Shown: one piece after another, positions 51,448-64,000 of the stretch
How the letters are laid out: every line of letters starts with the position of its first letter
How positions within the stretch are numbered: position 1 is the stretch's first letter
NCBI GenBank assembly: GCA_964106915.2
Contig: OZ066916.1
From: Podarcis gaigeae
Lineage: Eukaryota
DNA: 64,000 nucleotides
Direction: 5' to 3' (one strand)
Translations under genes and position numbers: made by a program
Notes under the pieces: generated by a model
Database searches by the model: none
Told to the model about the DNA's origin: nothing
Seen by the model: the letters and a program-made list of their open reading frames with translations, nothing else

Positions 51448-53384
51448 TACATAGATTTTGCACTGGCTTACAATAAACCACCCTCCACTGTTGGTACCGT
51501 ATACAGCTGACCGTGTACAGCTGCTTTCTTCACATCTGACCAGGCTGTTCTGCCAAGGGTGAGAGGGAAGAAAGCAGCACAGTTGTCATGTCCAGAGAAT
51601 CATTCATGTGCATGATAATCCCCAACAATCTTTGTGTCTGAAAGCGAGAGCTTCAATAAAGTGGAACCCATGTGCACAGAGACCAAAACAAGGGGGAAAG
51701 AGGGAGAGATTGATAAAACTGGTTGCAGAGGGATGGGAACCATTTTATGCTGATTTTTTGTGCCTCCCTGTATTCCCCAGTAATTTGAGTGCTGTGTGAA
51801 GTTATATTCAAAGCTCTGGTTATTTACGTGTTTCGAATGTATCCAGAGCTATTTGGCTAAAGGGGATGTCATGGCTCAGGCCTTGGAACAGGATTAAGGG
51901 TGTCATAACTTCCCAAAGAGCTGCTAGGAAATCAGGAGGAAGCCAGCTCAAATTGTTATTAATGGTGGGAAAGGCTAATCTGCAACCATAGACTTTGATC
52001 TTCCTTTCAGTAACACCTGAGAATCTTGCCCCTGATTATTTGTCATGGAACATCAACCATTCCTGCTTCGGAAAATAGTTGTCCTCAGCAGCCCAGCCCA
52101 GCCAGAAGCAACGCAGCACACATTTGGTCGGTATATTGCTCTTGATACTTAAACAGAGAGAATGTAATTTGTAAATTTATACAACCTGAAAGCCAACTAA
52201 CAATCACATCATTATACCAATCCTGTCATGTGAGCTGGAATTATTATACCTATATTGCATGTGAGGGTGAAGCTATTCTGCTCTGCCTAAGTGCTGTCCC
52301 ATGTCCTGAAAATCCTGCTGTTTATTGCATATCACTGATTTTTATCACGCTCACCCTGCTCCAAATATGACAAGAGACTGTGGCCTTTGGACTGATGCTC
52401 CATTAAAAAACTACCATGTGCATAGAAAGGGTTCATTGACTTGGTATTGTTCTATGTCCATGGAAGTTGTTGTATGGAGAATTATTTCATTGTGCAAGTG
52501 GTACAGCCCAGGCACAGTTTTATCATCTTTGCAAGACCCCAGTGTCCAGTTTCGAGTATGAAGTGTGCTCAAAAGTGCGCACAGTTCCCCGCAGCATAGA
52601 ACAGGAACACAGGAAGCTAACTTAAACTGAGACAAGTCTATATAGCTCAGTATTATGTACATTCACTGCCAGTTCTCCAGGATTTTAGAAATGCCAGGGA
52701 CCAAACCTGGAAACTTCTGCAGGCAATGCAAATGCTCTCCCATTCAGCTATGGCCCTATCCTCACCCTACTTTCCCATTACTTTCTGTAAAAGATCCACA
52801 TGCGGACTTGAGTGCCCATGGACTTTGAAATGGACTTAATCCAAAGCAATCTAACAGCTAAAAACTTAAGATGTTACTTGGCAGCCATTTCCATTAAGTT
52901 CTAAGAACCAGTTTTCACACCAGTTGAAACCCCAGTTGAAAGAAGTGTGAACAGATTATTTGCAAATGCAACCGACTCGCAAAAAAGTAGGATCTTAACC
53001 TGCATTTCAGGATGCTATTTAAATGCTGTCCATGTCTGAAAAAGAGCTTGCAAAACCAATTCAAAGCTGGGCCTGATATGTAGCAACAGAAAATAAAGAG
53101 CAACTGCATGCACCCAATCTCTTCGGTGTAGCTGAACTCACTATATCATAGCCAATGTGTTTAAGAGAAACATAAGGCAGTAGCAGCAAGTACATTTTTT
53201 TTCATTGAAGAAGAAACAAGTTGGTGCTAAGAGGACGTCTTATTTTATATGTACCAAAATAATTAGTTTTGTTTGCCAAAAGTAAGGCTGTAACTTGGTG
53301 CAAAGCTATCCTAATCCGCCGTGCTACTTTTACAACAGATTTCTCAGGGTTTTAATGGTGACAAACAGGAAACTCGGTAAGGCA

Positions 53385-55362
53385 TGTTTTAATTAAAAAC
53401 TTTATTATTTTCATTTTCATTACAATTCACAGTTTATGCATGGCAAGAGAACCTTTCTTACCATGTCAACATTCAGAACACTGTGCTGGGAGAAGTGGTG
53501 GGGAGGGGCCTTTCCTTTGATGAGCCTGGCCTGGTCATAGTTAATGGAACTTTGCTGATTTGAGATGTACACTCTCAGTAACTCTTCATTGATTGCTATT
53601 TACATTGACAACTTAGATTTGTTAGAAAAGAAGATGAAGCATCCGTACATTTAACATTCATAGTTCATAATGCCATTCAGTAATCAGACAGAATGGATTT
53701 GTTACTTGAATTGTGTCCAATTGAAGTCCCATTTGGCTTTAGATAATCAAAGCCAAGGATGCAGGCCTCAAACAGCTCTACAGATGCAAGCCTCTGATTT
53801 CAATGAAGTTTGCATCATAGTTATGCTTTGAGGATCAGGCTGCCTATTAATCTCTTAAGGGGTATTATATTTGTTTTATATACAGCCAGGATGAAATAGA
53901 ATAAAATGGTGAAGGAAAATAAAAGACAATCCATTCCGTTATTTAAAAATCCTGCATTCCTTCTGAATCTTGCACACACTTAGAAACAAAAGACACAAGA
54001 GGCTATAAAATTAATGTTTTTTTCCTTCTTTAAAACAATTAAAGAAATCCCAAGGATTGGTTTCAGATCTGTGTATCAGCCTATTCTACCCAAATATTCA
54101 ATTATATTCAGATTGTGCTATTGGTCAACTGTTTTTCACGCCTGCATTTGTGTTCAGATACCGTCTATATTCTCGATGTAGAAAGTCACAGTGATGCCAG
54201 TTTCAGCTGCATTCCCACTTTTAATCCCAGCTCCAGAATGGGCAAAAGCGTACGATGTAACATTCAGGAAAGCAATCAGCAGGCAGGATCCCTGTGCTAA
54301 AATAGCGTATGGCATGACGTGGCTAAAACAATGAAAATTTCAAATCCTTATCTGCCAGCAGCATGGTGTTTAATAGAAATGCTGAAAATTCAGGATTGTT
54401 TCATGTTGTTTCTGTGTAAAATGAGTCTTTTGATTGCACCAAGTTAATCTTACCTATCAAATCGGTTAATAATACAAAACTGAAGATTTTTGGTATATGA
54501 TGCATGGGACTGAACTGCCAACGACGGCTTATGTAACGAGGCCTGAAATGGATCCATGAATTCTACAGGTCTGTTGAGTGTACATACTCTGCACCTGAGT
54601 AATAAAAAAAAGGAGAAAAAAACCTACTTGCAGGGAGACACCTTTTGCAACCCTGGTAATTGCAGTGCCTTTAAAGCTAGACTTAGAAGCGGTGCTTTGA
54701 TGTTTTTGGATTTGGCATCAGTTTCTTAATGCTGGTATCTTCAGCTTTAGACACCCTTAAAACATGATTGTTATGGTCAAGATGAAATATCAAAATGAGA
54801 TAATGTTACTCATGCAAGAACCAACCAACAAACGAACAAACAAAAAACCATTATGAGAGTTATAGAGGTTCTGTTTCTTTAAAAGATAAGGCACTGACAA
54901 AAATTTCTTAGGTAAAAGGCTGCATAAGATTTTCTTGCCATTTACATATAGATTGTAGTCCGTACATGGTCCGTTCCTAGGCTTGGTAAGGTAGACCCTG
55001 AAAAGTTTAAGGACTGATCCCTCAAAGCTACATTGTTAACCTAAACCAGCAGTATTCATTCTTAACGCCTTATGGCACATTAGGAGAGATGAAGAAACAG
55101 TCTGGGCACAAAAAAGGCATCAAACATTGCTTGTTCCAGCATTTGTCAATGACAGAAGTGCCATTCATTTTGTGTCTTTCAAGAGATACGATGGTGACTC
55201 TGAATCCTTATTGTGGGTGGATTTCTGTTGGAATTCATGCACATGATAAAAATAATGCTATTAGCATCAGTTATGGACAAGGGGGAAAAATATCAGGAAC
55301 TACAAGGTAAAGTCTAAACCGTAGGCTTCTTCTTATTAAAAGATCAGGATTCAAAGTCAGTG
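53385..55362 (-). other. KCNK2: Probable KCNK2 3'UTR (about 2 kb)
   Basis: Runs from the stop codon to the first canonical AATAAA I found on the minus strand; no recognisable TE within it. The 3' boundary is inferred. Confidence 0.7.
53401..53406 (-). terminator. Probable polyadenylation signal of KCNK2
   Basis: TTTATT on plus = AATAAA on minus, with an upstream TGTA motif and a downstream GT-rich element (gtttcctgtttgtc). Confidence 0.7.
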
Positions 55363-55680
55363 CTACTTAATGTTTTCAATGACAGCAATCTCTTCTGCTG
55401 CACAGTGAGGAGTCAAGCCATTCATATAAATGCTGTCCGTCTTTGTGATGGCAGGCAAGAGGTCTTTCTCGCTGGTGAGGTGGTTGACAGACAAGGTTCT
55501 CTTGCAAGGAGTCAGGTCTTGGCTGTGGTTCACTGCCATTTCTGCAGAGAGCTTCCTTTTGATGGAGGTAGCCCGCTGGAACTTGTCGTAAATCTCCACA
55601 CTCAGGCGTCTACGTGTTTCTTTGAACTCTGCCGTGACATTGGCTGTCCATTCAGCTGCATGAGCTCTGAACTCTCCCAC
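55363..55680 (-). CDS. KCNK2: Terminal coding exon of KCNK2 (TREK-1, K2P2.1), cytoplasmic C-terminal tail; partial CDS
   Basis: Translates as [45 protein letters not shown]...IAVIENIK*, matching the vertebrate TREK-1 C-terminus as I recall it, including RRRLS (PKA, S333 in mouse numbering) and KRKLS (PKG, S351). A long polypyrimidine tract and acceptor precede it on the minus strand (...cttccctctgttctttAG|GTGGGA). The ORF-track 'M' is a GTG Val codon. Stop TAG at 55363-55365. Confidence 0.97.
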   Translation of the reverse strand: MGEFRAHAAEWTANVTAEFKETRRRLSVEIYDKFQRATSIKRKLSAEMAVNHSQDLTPCKRTLSVNHLTSEKDLLPAITKTDSIYMNGLTPHCAAEEIAVIENIK

Positions 55681-55755
55681 CTAAAGAACAGAGGGAAGAA
55701 GGGGGGAAGGGGGAGAGATAGAAAGAGAGAAAGATTGGGAAAGAGAGAGGGGAGA
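55681..55755 (-). promoter_or_regulatory. 3' splice acceptor and polypyrimidine tract of the last KCNK2 intron
   Basis: About 70 nt purine run on plus (pyrimidine on minus) ending in ctttAG immediately before the exon. Confidence 0.92.
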
Positions 55756-58700
55756 AAGATAATGTCACTTTGCACTATAAAAATCCATGCATCTATTAAA
55801 TCTCCATAGGAACAAAAGTTGACCATAGGCTGACAAAGAACAGCTGCCCATTGGCACACCTCCTCTGCGCCCACAAATATTCCCTTTGATTGATGCCCAG
55901 ATTTCACATTATTTTGTTTCAGTGGAAGAATTTAGCTGCCATCTTCCTAATATAATAAAAAGGACACCCAGCAACAGCTAAAAAACCTCCACAGCTAAAA
56001 CATTTCACAGCTCTTTTTATAATTTTATCTAGGCCAGTGAGGTGAAATTGCCTTTAAAAATTAAGCCTCGACAGCTGAGAGGATCCCAGCTGCACAGGGA
56101 GAACTGAATTCCCAGCAATCCAGAGCGTGTGTTATGTGTTGTTACCAGGGGAGCTGTCGTGGTTATTTATGGACACCCTGGCAGTATGTGTAATGATCCC
56201 TGTGAGACTCGACACAGGCGTTTCTAAATTTAGATAGAAAGGGCTTTTAAAAGAAAAATTTCAGCTGTCGCTGTTCTGTTTTTAGTGCACGTTCAAACTG
56301 AGGATTAATGCAAGTGACAGTTTTAGTCAAGTCAGCAGAATGATTGCCAGTCTCTGCCTCCACTGCAGTAATAAGATTACTACGTGAAACTTGCAAGAGT
56401 GGTAGAATGAAGTGATCACTAACACTTTCAAATCATGAATATATGTATATCCCAGGGTGCAGGCATAATGATAAGTGTGGAAACTCATTCCTAAAAGTAA
56501 TGTGAGCTAATATTTCTCTTTTGTACAATTTGAGGCTGCTATATGTGGACACACACACACACACACTAGCCACTTGCGCTGATGTTTTTTGCATTTATTA
56601 TTTGAAATATTATTATTTTATATATTTATTTATATTCTGCTTTTTTCCCAAATGTAATTGAAAGGAACATGCAATGTATTTGAAGTAAAACAACAACAAC
56701 ATGACAGCAATCAACCACTACCAACAAATCAAAGCCATCAGTGATTAAAACTGGCTGAAACTGCCAAAGGTTTAACAGACAATCAACTCTTAGATTTAAG
56801 GTATAAGGTAGCTTCTTAGGTTTTTTCCAAAGGGCTTTCTATACGGATGGCAACACTTTAAATCAGGCCTGGTAAAAAATTGGCAGCTGGTGCAGGCAAA
56901 TGGAGCAGAGGTGTAATATGCTGACAGGGTCTCATGCCTGTCAGCAATTGTGCTGCAGCATAATGCACAAGTTGCAGTTCCTAGACCAAGCACAAAGACG
57001 CCCCAATGCAGTAATCCATATAGAGTGCATTGCAGTAAAAGTTGCCAGTACAAGATGATTGCATTCTTTTATTTCTTAACACCATACATATCAATCACTC
57101 TCTCTTTCTGTTTTTGCAATAAACTTGTTAATTCTTTTCTTCTAATACTTGTCTCTTATCTGCTTGCTAATTCCCTGATAACTAGTGCTATTATAAGTTT
57201 CCTTGGTTCTGTGGCATGCTGCAGCTCTGAGCTCAAGACCTGAAAATACATGAATTGTTTGGGTACATGAATACTTGTGCGTGCACATGCACGTGTAGAC
57301 AAAGGCACACAGTAACACTCTTGATGAAGCCACTCGTGTACCCAATGTGCATTTGTTCATAATAAGATATAGATTTTTATGGTCACTCCATTAAAGTTGG
57401 GAGCAGATAACGCATGGGCATTTTTACTTAAAACCCATTTGATTCATTTTCATGATTCATTAAATTTAGAAAGGAGGTGTCAGACTGCAGCTTTAATCAC
57501 TTCAAAGTGAATCTCTTTATAGTAATTACCGCACTTAAATAAATTAGCCTAATTGTTGAATTTTCAGTCATTGGCTGAAACGGAGATTAGCAAGAACGTA
57601 TCTTTCGCAAAAGTATAAAAAAATAAAGCAACATGAATTATGAAGCATTCACTATTCAAAGTTGCATTATCTGACCTTAAATAGAAAGAATCAGGGTTAC
57701 AGATTTTGATAAACTACAATAAATTTATTGTGGAGATACCTTGCCAATGGTGTTTTGCAGTAGTGGCCAGCGAGGTGGTGTCAATGGGGCTGCGCTGAAG
57801 ACCCAGCTTCTCAATGCTGCACAATGCTACCACAGTTAACAAGAAGAAAAGGAGGAAGGACAAGGCAGTGGGGGAGCTCTGCATGATGTGGGCACAGCAG
57901 GTGGAAGCCCTGGATTGGCTCCATGGTTGCAGCCGCACCACACCAAGCTCCCCACTGCCTTGTAGCAGCAATGTGCACCATTGGAAAGTCAGGAAGGCAA
58001 TGTAGCTGCACACACCCAGCCTCACCAGCTGGTATTGGCTCTACCATAGAGTAGGGTAGCCACTCACACATTGCCCTCTGGAATGGTGTGTGATGGGGCA
58101 TGAAAGGGTTGCAGCAGGGCTGCCTTGTGCAAGCAAAGAGCCTTTCCGCTCCTGCAAAACATCTCTGGATCCATGCCAGTGTGTTTTTAAATCCTATTTT
58201 CTATTCTGTATAGCATCCAGGATCATATGAAAAATTAATCAGCAGTCATACTGTTTCTTTTTCAGGTCTCCCCTCGATGGCAAATTGAGAACATGTACCT
58301 TCCATTTACAAAATTCCTTCTGTGATGGTTCCTGATTTAAAAGGGGCCAGGCATTTTCACAACTAAAGTTGCTAATAAAAGCAAACAGAAGTCAAAAGCC
58401 ACACTCTAGAGAAGATTAAAAACACATTAAGTCCCTTTGAAATTAATGAGGCCAGTATCTGCACTTAATGCAGCTTGAATTTAGTGACATGGAGTCATAC
58501 TTGCCAATTTCTGAACTGTTCCTTCAGGGTTCCCCCAGTACCACCACTTATGCTGTTATAATGGAATGTGAAAATGTCACTGACAATCTGGACTGTTATA
58601 TTTCAAGACAATGTGCAAAGCCTCCTGGATTTAGAATGAGATGTTATTAGACTTGCTTTGTTTTGGATACCACCTTTCTTCTCTGTCACCATCCCATACC

Positions 58701-60153
58701 TGAGTTTAGGCCAGATCTTGTACTGAACATCCTGAACTGACCCCTTATTTTGTTGTTGCTAAAGAACCAGTTGGCTATGCAGCAGGAACTATTCATAAAC
58801 TCTGCAGACTGCTTGGTCACACATCCAGGAGATGACAGAAAGTTGCATCTCCCCAAATTACTGTACAATTGGAGGAGGGGGCATGTTCAACAATCTATAT
58901 TCACATCATTTGTATAGGTCTCAATGGGTCTCTGAAAAACTCCAAAAGCGCTGGCACTCCTCATCACATTGCAATAACATGCAAAGCAAAGTGTATGGGC
59001 TCCGCCCTTGCAAACTGTTTGTCCATGTCTTCTTTCAACATGGAAATTCTGTAGGGTGTGGTACCAAAAGCACAATTTCCCTAGGTGATCTAAGGTCTAT
59101 AAAGGGGAAGGTGGTCTCTCAGGTAACTTGGTCCAGATCTTGAGCAATCTAATTCTCAGAGTTCTTAGTCATAAGGAGGCCTGTTTCTTGATTACCTTCT
59201 GTAAGTTTTAATAGTAATTTTTGTAATAAAATGGAGTTCAGGTGTTTTTGGTGGTGCCTTTGGGCAGAAATAACTCACAGAATAAAAGGTGATAGGGATT
59301 TAGTGCAGCACACTATTAAGGCACTCCCATTTCCTTTTGATTCTTGGGTTACTTGTATATATAGTGGTGTCATCCTTCTCTATTGCATCTGATTGGAGAA
59401 AGTTGGCATCACAGTTGCTGGAAGTAACAATGAGCAAGACTATTGCTCTGGACTCTAATTCTTCTGTGCCCTCAAATGCACTCAAAGAAAATGTTACCTT
59501 TTCAAAATACAAGTGGCTTTCCCATGTATTGCTAAAGACATAAGCTCAAAAGGTTACTGATAGAGGGCTGCACAATTTTCAGACTGCCAGAGCTCATAAA
59601 CAACAAGCTCTTGTAATTAAATTCCTCCTCTTTATAACAATGTTTTGGTGAGAGTTCAGCTTCCTTTCCCCCCCTGAGGTATGACATTTTCTCATGGTAC
59701 ACTCAATTTTACCTTAATTTGTAGCGTAGAAGTCAGTCTGTAGCTGATGCTAAGTGATTGAAATGCCAGTTGTTTGGGATTTTGTACTGAAGACCCAAAC
59801 ATTTGTACATGCGTATCATACAACAGTAAGGGCAATCTACCATAACTTCTTTCACTGAACCTCTTTTGATTTATTAATGATACAGAATTCAGTACAAAAA
59901 TTATTTATGTCCACACATACAAACACACCGGCACACTTTATTTTCTTTACAGACATATTGCTACTCTCTAAAAACTGGGATGAGTGATTGGAGTTCAAAT
60001 ATATATTTAAATAAACGAATGTGAGAAGAACTTTCTGAAAGCATATTAACCATTCCATACAATAGTGGCTGCCTAGAGAGTTTATAATGTACAAGTGGCT
60101 TCAAATGTAAATAATAGGGGCAAATGTAAGTACAAAGCATGCTTCAAGTGATT

Positions 60154-60674
60154 TTTGTTGTTTAGTCATTTAGTCGTGTCCAACTCTTCGTGACCCCAAG
60201 GACCAGAGCACGGCAGGCACTTCTGTCTTCCACTGCCTCCCGCAGTTTGGTCAAACTCATGCTGGTAGCTTCGAGAACACTATCCAACCATCTCGTCCTC
60301 TGTTGTCCTCTTCTCCTTGTGTGCCCTCCATCTTTCCCAACATCAGGGTGTTTTCCAAGGAGTCTTCTCTTCTCATGAGGTGGCCAAAGAATTGGATCCT
60401 CAGCTTCACAATCTGTCTTTCCGCTCAGGGCTGATTTTCTTCAGAATGTTCAGAATGGATAGGTTTGTTCTTCTTGCAGTCCATGGGACTCTCAAGAGTC
60501 TCCTCCAGCACCATAATTCAAAAGCATCAATTCTTCGGTGATCATCCTTCTTTATGGTCCAGCTTTCACTTCCATACATCACTACTGGGAAAACCATAGC
60601 TTTTACTATACGGACCTTTGTTGGCAAGGTGATGTCTCTACTTTTTAAGATGCTGTCTAGGTTTGTCATTGCTT
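60154..60674 (-). mobile_element. Bov-B LINE 3' fragment, intronic in KCNK2
   Basis: Minus ORF TNLDSILKSRDITLPTKVRIVKAMVFPVVMYGSESW...; TSD ttcaagtgatt at 60143-60153 and 60675-60685. Confidence 0.95.
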
Positions 60675-62650
60675 TTCAAGTGATTAACCTTCTAAAATCT
60701 AAGAGCAGAATGTTCTTTATTGTCCGTATGGAATTGTCTCCCCTGTGTCCTGTCCAGTCTGTAAGGGAGGTGGGGGACCACTTTCAGGCAGAGAGCCAGA
60801 TCCAAAAGTAGCTAAACCTTCCAATCCAACTTCCATAGCAGATCTGATGTCTGTTACAAGCAGTATGGCTTGTATTGGCGCTGAATGCTGAATGCAAGCC
60901 ACATCTGAAAAGGAATAATCAGGAGGTGCCTGACTGTTCCTTTGCAGTTGTCTGTCCTGGGCTTGATGTCCTATGTCATTACTTGAGTGGCCGGTGGGCA
61001 TGGCCTAGTCACTCAGCCTTGTGTGCCTAACAAAACTGTCCTAAATGAACAACTGAATGAAGTAACTCATAGGCTGAAGACATCCTTGTTACAAAATGCA
61101 TATGATTTTCAATGTGAAGTTTGAGATGCTTTCAGTGTACTCAACTCCCTCTTTTATAATTTCTAACAATTATGACTAATGCATTGTCTGAAGCTCTGAA
61201 ATCATTTTTGCTGATGTAGTTGTCAGTTATTTAAAAATAAAACTTCCCATTAACCTCCTGAGGATACAGCAGTCTAACTAGAAAGAATAATTTAAGTGTC
61301 ACATTATCCATGCAGAAGACTAGAGTACAGAATGTTTTGTCTTTCCTTTCAAAAATCTTTTTTTCAACATCTCAGGAGCTGCTAAGTTTGCCTCTGTTTC
61401 TGAAAACAGATGGACTCAGATGGAATCACTAGAAAGCAGGGTGATTGCTGGGGTACTTGTGCCAATTTATTGTTTGGCTAGGAAAGCTGTTCCACTTTTA
61501 GTTCACTTGTCTTTGAAGACTGCCAGCGAGATGAATTTCTGAAAAAAATGAAAATAGCAGGACACTCCAAGGTCTTTTTAAAAGTTTCCAGCTCTTTTGG
61601 TTGCAGACAAAAGCATAAAATTATGACTTCAATAGGGCCTAATCGTTCAGAAAGCAAATAAAGGAACCTGTGTGTCTTTTAAAATCCATCTGGGTGATTA
61701 TGAGGGATGGGAATAAATTTCGAACACACAAGCTAACCATCTATTGCTTTACTGATGGTCAAGTAGGTCCCTGAACACTAATGTTCCACCAAGAACCCTC
61801 TTGTTCCTCTGATGAGGTTACCATGAACAAAAGGCTGTGGGTTTTGTTCAATACACGAATAAGCCATCCAGTTTCCTGGCTGATTCAGACTCCATAATTC
61901 CAAAACTTCCACACATTTCCACTTTCTTTCTGTTGTTATTTGGAGAATAATCCTTCAAGTTTGAAAGGAAAGGGGAAGAAGCAGGCCACTCCAATAATGC
62001 TTACCCTACACTCACAGCCAAAACTTGCAGCAGAATGATGACTCACATGCTTACTTCAACATCTCTTCCCTAAATCATGGTGATTGGAGTGCACTGTGAT
62101 TAAAAGTGGCACCAGTCCATCAAAATGAAAGGTATGCAAACCTCTCCATCCCCTTCGCTCTTGAGCTCTGGGTGTTTCCCCAGTCAGCTTGGTTTCGATT
62201 CACAAAAAAATTCAAAGTAGTGGGAAATGACTGCATTTAAAGCTTATGAAAAAAGGAGGCAACTGAGAAGATTAGGTAGTCTCTGCTCCATCTCAATATG
62301 CCTTGACAATGGGACAATCTGACTTCATAACCTGAAAAGCCACTCCAAATCAACCCTAGTTGCCTGGTTATTTGGGGTACACAAACAGCCTCTCCTGCTA
62401 ATCACAGTCCTCAGGGACTGGGCAGAGACAGACGTCACCTGGAAGGAGCAATCAGCAGTGACTTGAAAGCAGATGCCTGGACCATAGTTGAAGTATGACA
62501 AGGGAATGAAGCAGTAAGGCAGGAAGTTGCCCAGATACATGAACTTCAGTACTATGGACAGCTCCTTATTGGGGGAAAGCCACCCCCCTGTTCTGCAAAT
62601 CTCTGGAGAAGAACATAGATAGGTCTGGGTATGTCAAAATACCATTCCCT

Positions 62651-62991
62651 TAAAGGTAAAGGTAAAGGGACCCCTGACCATTAGGTCCAGTCGTGGACAA
62701 CTCAGGGGTTGCGGCGCTCATCTTGCTTTACAGGCCGAGGGAGCTGGCATACAGCTTCCGGGTCATGCAGCCAGTATGACTAAGCCTCTTCTGGTGAACC
62801 AGAGCAGCACACAGAAACGCCATTCACCTTCCCGGCAGAGCGCTACCTATTTATCTACTTGCACTTCGTGCTTTCGAACTGCTAGGTTGGCAGGAGCAGG
62901 GACTGAGCAACAGGAGCTCACCCCGTCACGGGGATTCAAACTGCCAACCTTCTGATCGGCAAGCCCTAGGCTCTGTTGTTTAACCCACAGC
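62651..62991 (-). mobile_element. Sauria SINE
   Basis: aaaggtaaaggtaaagggacccctgaccattaggtccagtc... to aacccacagc. Confidence 0.92.
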
Positions 62992-63259
62992 TGGCCTTTA
63001 ATCTAGTACACCTCTGGAGTTCTGTCATCTCCTGAAGAGTCTATTGTTGTCTCAGTCAAGAGAGAATAAATGAATATGGAGTCTTGGGCAATTGAAAGGT
63101 TGTCCCTTCAGATAACTCAGATGATCTGGTCTAGTAGTGCCCGACTCACGATGATTGGGGGGCTCTTCTTCTGCACTGGAGTCCATAATCTGCTGTCCCT
63201 AAAAGAGGCTATTTCCTATCTATGGGGGCCATGTTACCAGGAGCTCCTGGAGCTCCAAC

Positions 63260-63478
63260 TTAGCAGGTAGTTGTACCCACCCTGTGGATTCCCCTCGGGC
63301 CAGATGCCATAGAAATAAACAATTATGTGATTTTTGGGAGACATGTGAAGGCAGCCCTGTTTCAGGAAGCTGTTAATGTTTGATATTGTGTTGTGTTCTT
63401 TTCCACTTTGTTGGAAGCTGCCCAAAGTGGCTGGGGCAACCCAGTCAGAGGGATGGGGTACCAGAAATAAATTAGTAA
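63260..63478 (+). mobile_element. L2 LINE 3' fragment, more diverged
   Basis: Reverse-complement homolog of the 14 kb copy. Confidence 0.72.
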
Positions 63479-63548
63479 ATGGCATGTGCAATGGCTGCAG
63501 TTCATTTGTTCACCATGCAGGTGAACTGCATTTTGCAACCTCAGCATA

Positions 63549-63880
63549 GGTAAAAAAGGTAAAGGGACCCCTGACCATTAGGTCCAGTCATGACCGACTC
63601 TGGGGTTGCGGTGCTCATCTCACTTTATTGGCCAAGGGATCCAGCGTTCAGCTTCCAGGTCATGTGGCCAGTATGACTAAGCCGCTTCTGGGGAACCAGA
63701 GCAGCACACGGAAATGCCGTTTACCTTCCCGCCGGAGCGGTACCCATTTATCTACTTGCACTTCAAACTGCTTGGTGGGCAGGAGCAGGGACTGAGCAAC
63801 GGGAGCTCACCCCATCGCGGGGCTTCGAACCACCAACCTTCTGATCGGCAAGTCCTAGGCTCTGTGGTTTAACCCACAGC
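63549..63880 (-). mobile_element. Sauria SINE
   Basis: Same structure and subfamily-type sequence as 62651-62991. Confidence 0.92.
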
Positions 63881-64000
63881 ACACAAACTATAACAACATC
63901 AACAACCCTGCACTGACCCCCACTCACCCAGAATAGCTCTTTGATAAATCTGGAGGGGAAGGAGAATAAACTGTTTTTCCAGTGAAGACTTGGTTGAGCA

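Larger units (their letters stand above)
55681..64000 (-). other. KCNK2: KCNK2 last intron (continues beyond the window)
   Basis: The upstream exon encoding TM4 (...VISKKTKEE) was not found by eye in this interval; it contains Bov-B, Sauria SINE and L2 pieces. Confidence 0.75.

Noticed and set aside
55360-55809. 149-aa plus-strand ORF and the overlapping 101-aa minus ORF 55602-55907
   Set aside because: Antisense or out-of-frame shadows of the KCNK2 exon and its polypyrimidine tract.
9477-60811. Recurrent MTPWTRARQ..., MDQSTPGT... and KLRLQYFGH... ORFs as a gene family
   Set aside because: All are reading frames of Bov-B 3' fragments.
1-64000. CRISPR arrays, operons or prokaryotic defence systems
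   Set aside because: The sequence is vertebrate; no regular repeat-spacer array or gene-dense region is seen.

Overview
Eukaryotic genomic DNA from a squamate reptile (Sauria SINE, Bov-B, a Squam3-like SINE and Penelope are present; a lacertid lizard is plausible but is inference). The only host protein-coding sequence I can support is the terminal coding exon of KCNK2 (TREK-1 two-pore K+ channel) on the minus strand (55363-55680). Its 3'UTR of about 2 kb probably ends at a poly(A) signal at 53401-53406. Positions 55681-64000 are KCNK2 intron, and 1-53380 is TE-rich sequence downstream of the gene. That sequence holds 5'-truncated LINEs (Bov-B/RTE, CR1, L2, Rex1/Babar, L1), SINEs, hAT and Tc1/mariner-type MITEs, microsatellites and a few TE-free AT-rich blocks that may be conserved non-coding elements. 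The most interesting signal is three young Penelope-like insertions (about 14.8, 25.3 and 38.6 kb). Each has a target-site duplication and a fold-back structure, and each carries all or part of a minimal type I hammerhead ribozyme. All three inversion points fall in or next to the ribozyme. The longest copy shows a CCAAT/TATA/Inr promoter directly ahead of the ribozyme. Hammerheads in Penelope pLTRs are established knowledge; the promoter geometry and breakpoint mechanism proposed here are my inference. Nearly all ORFs in the supplied track are spurious or TE-derived. Repeat family names come from recognition, not from a database search.
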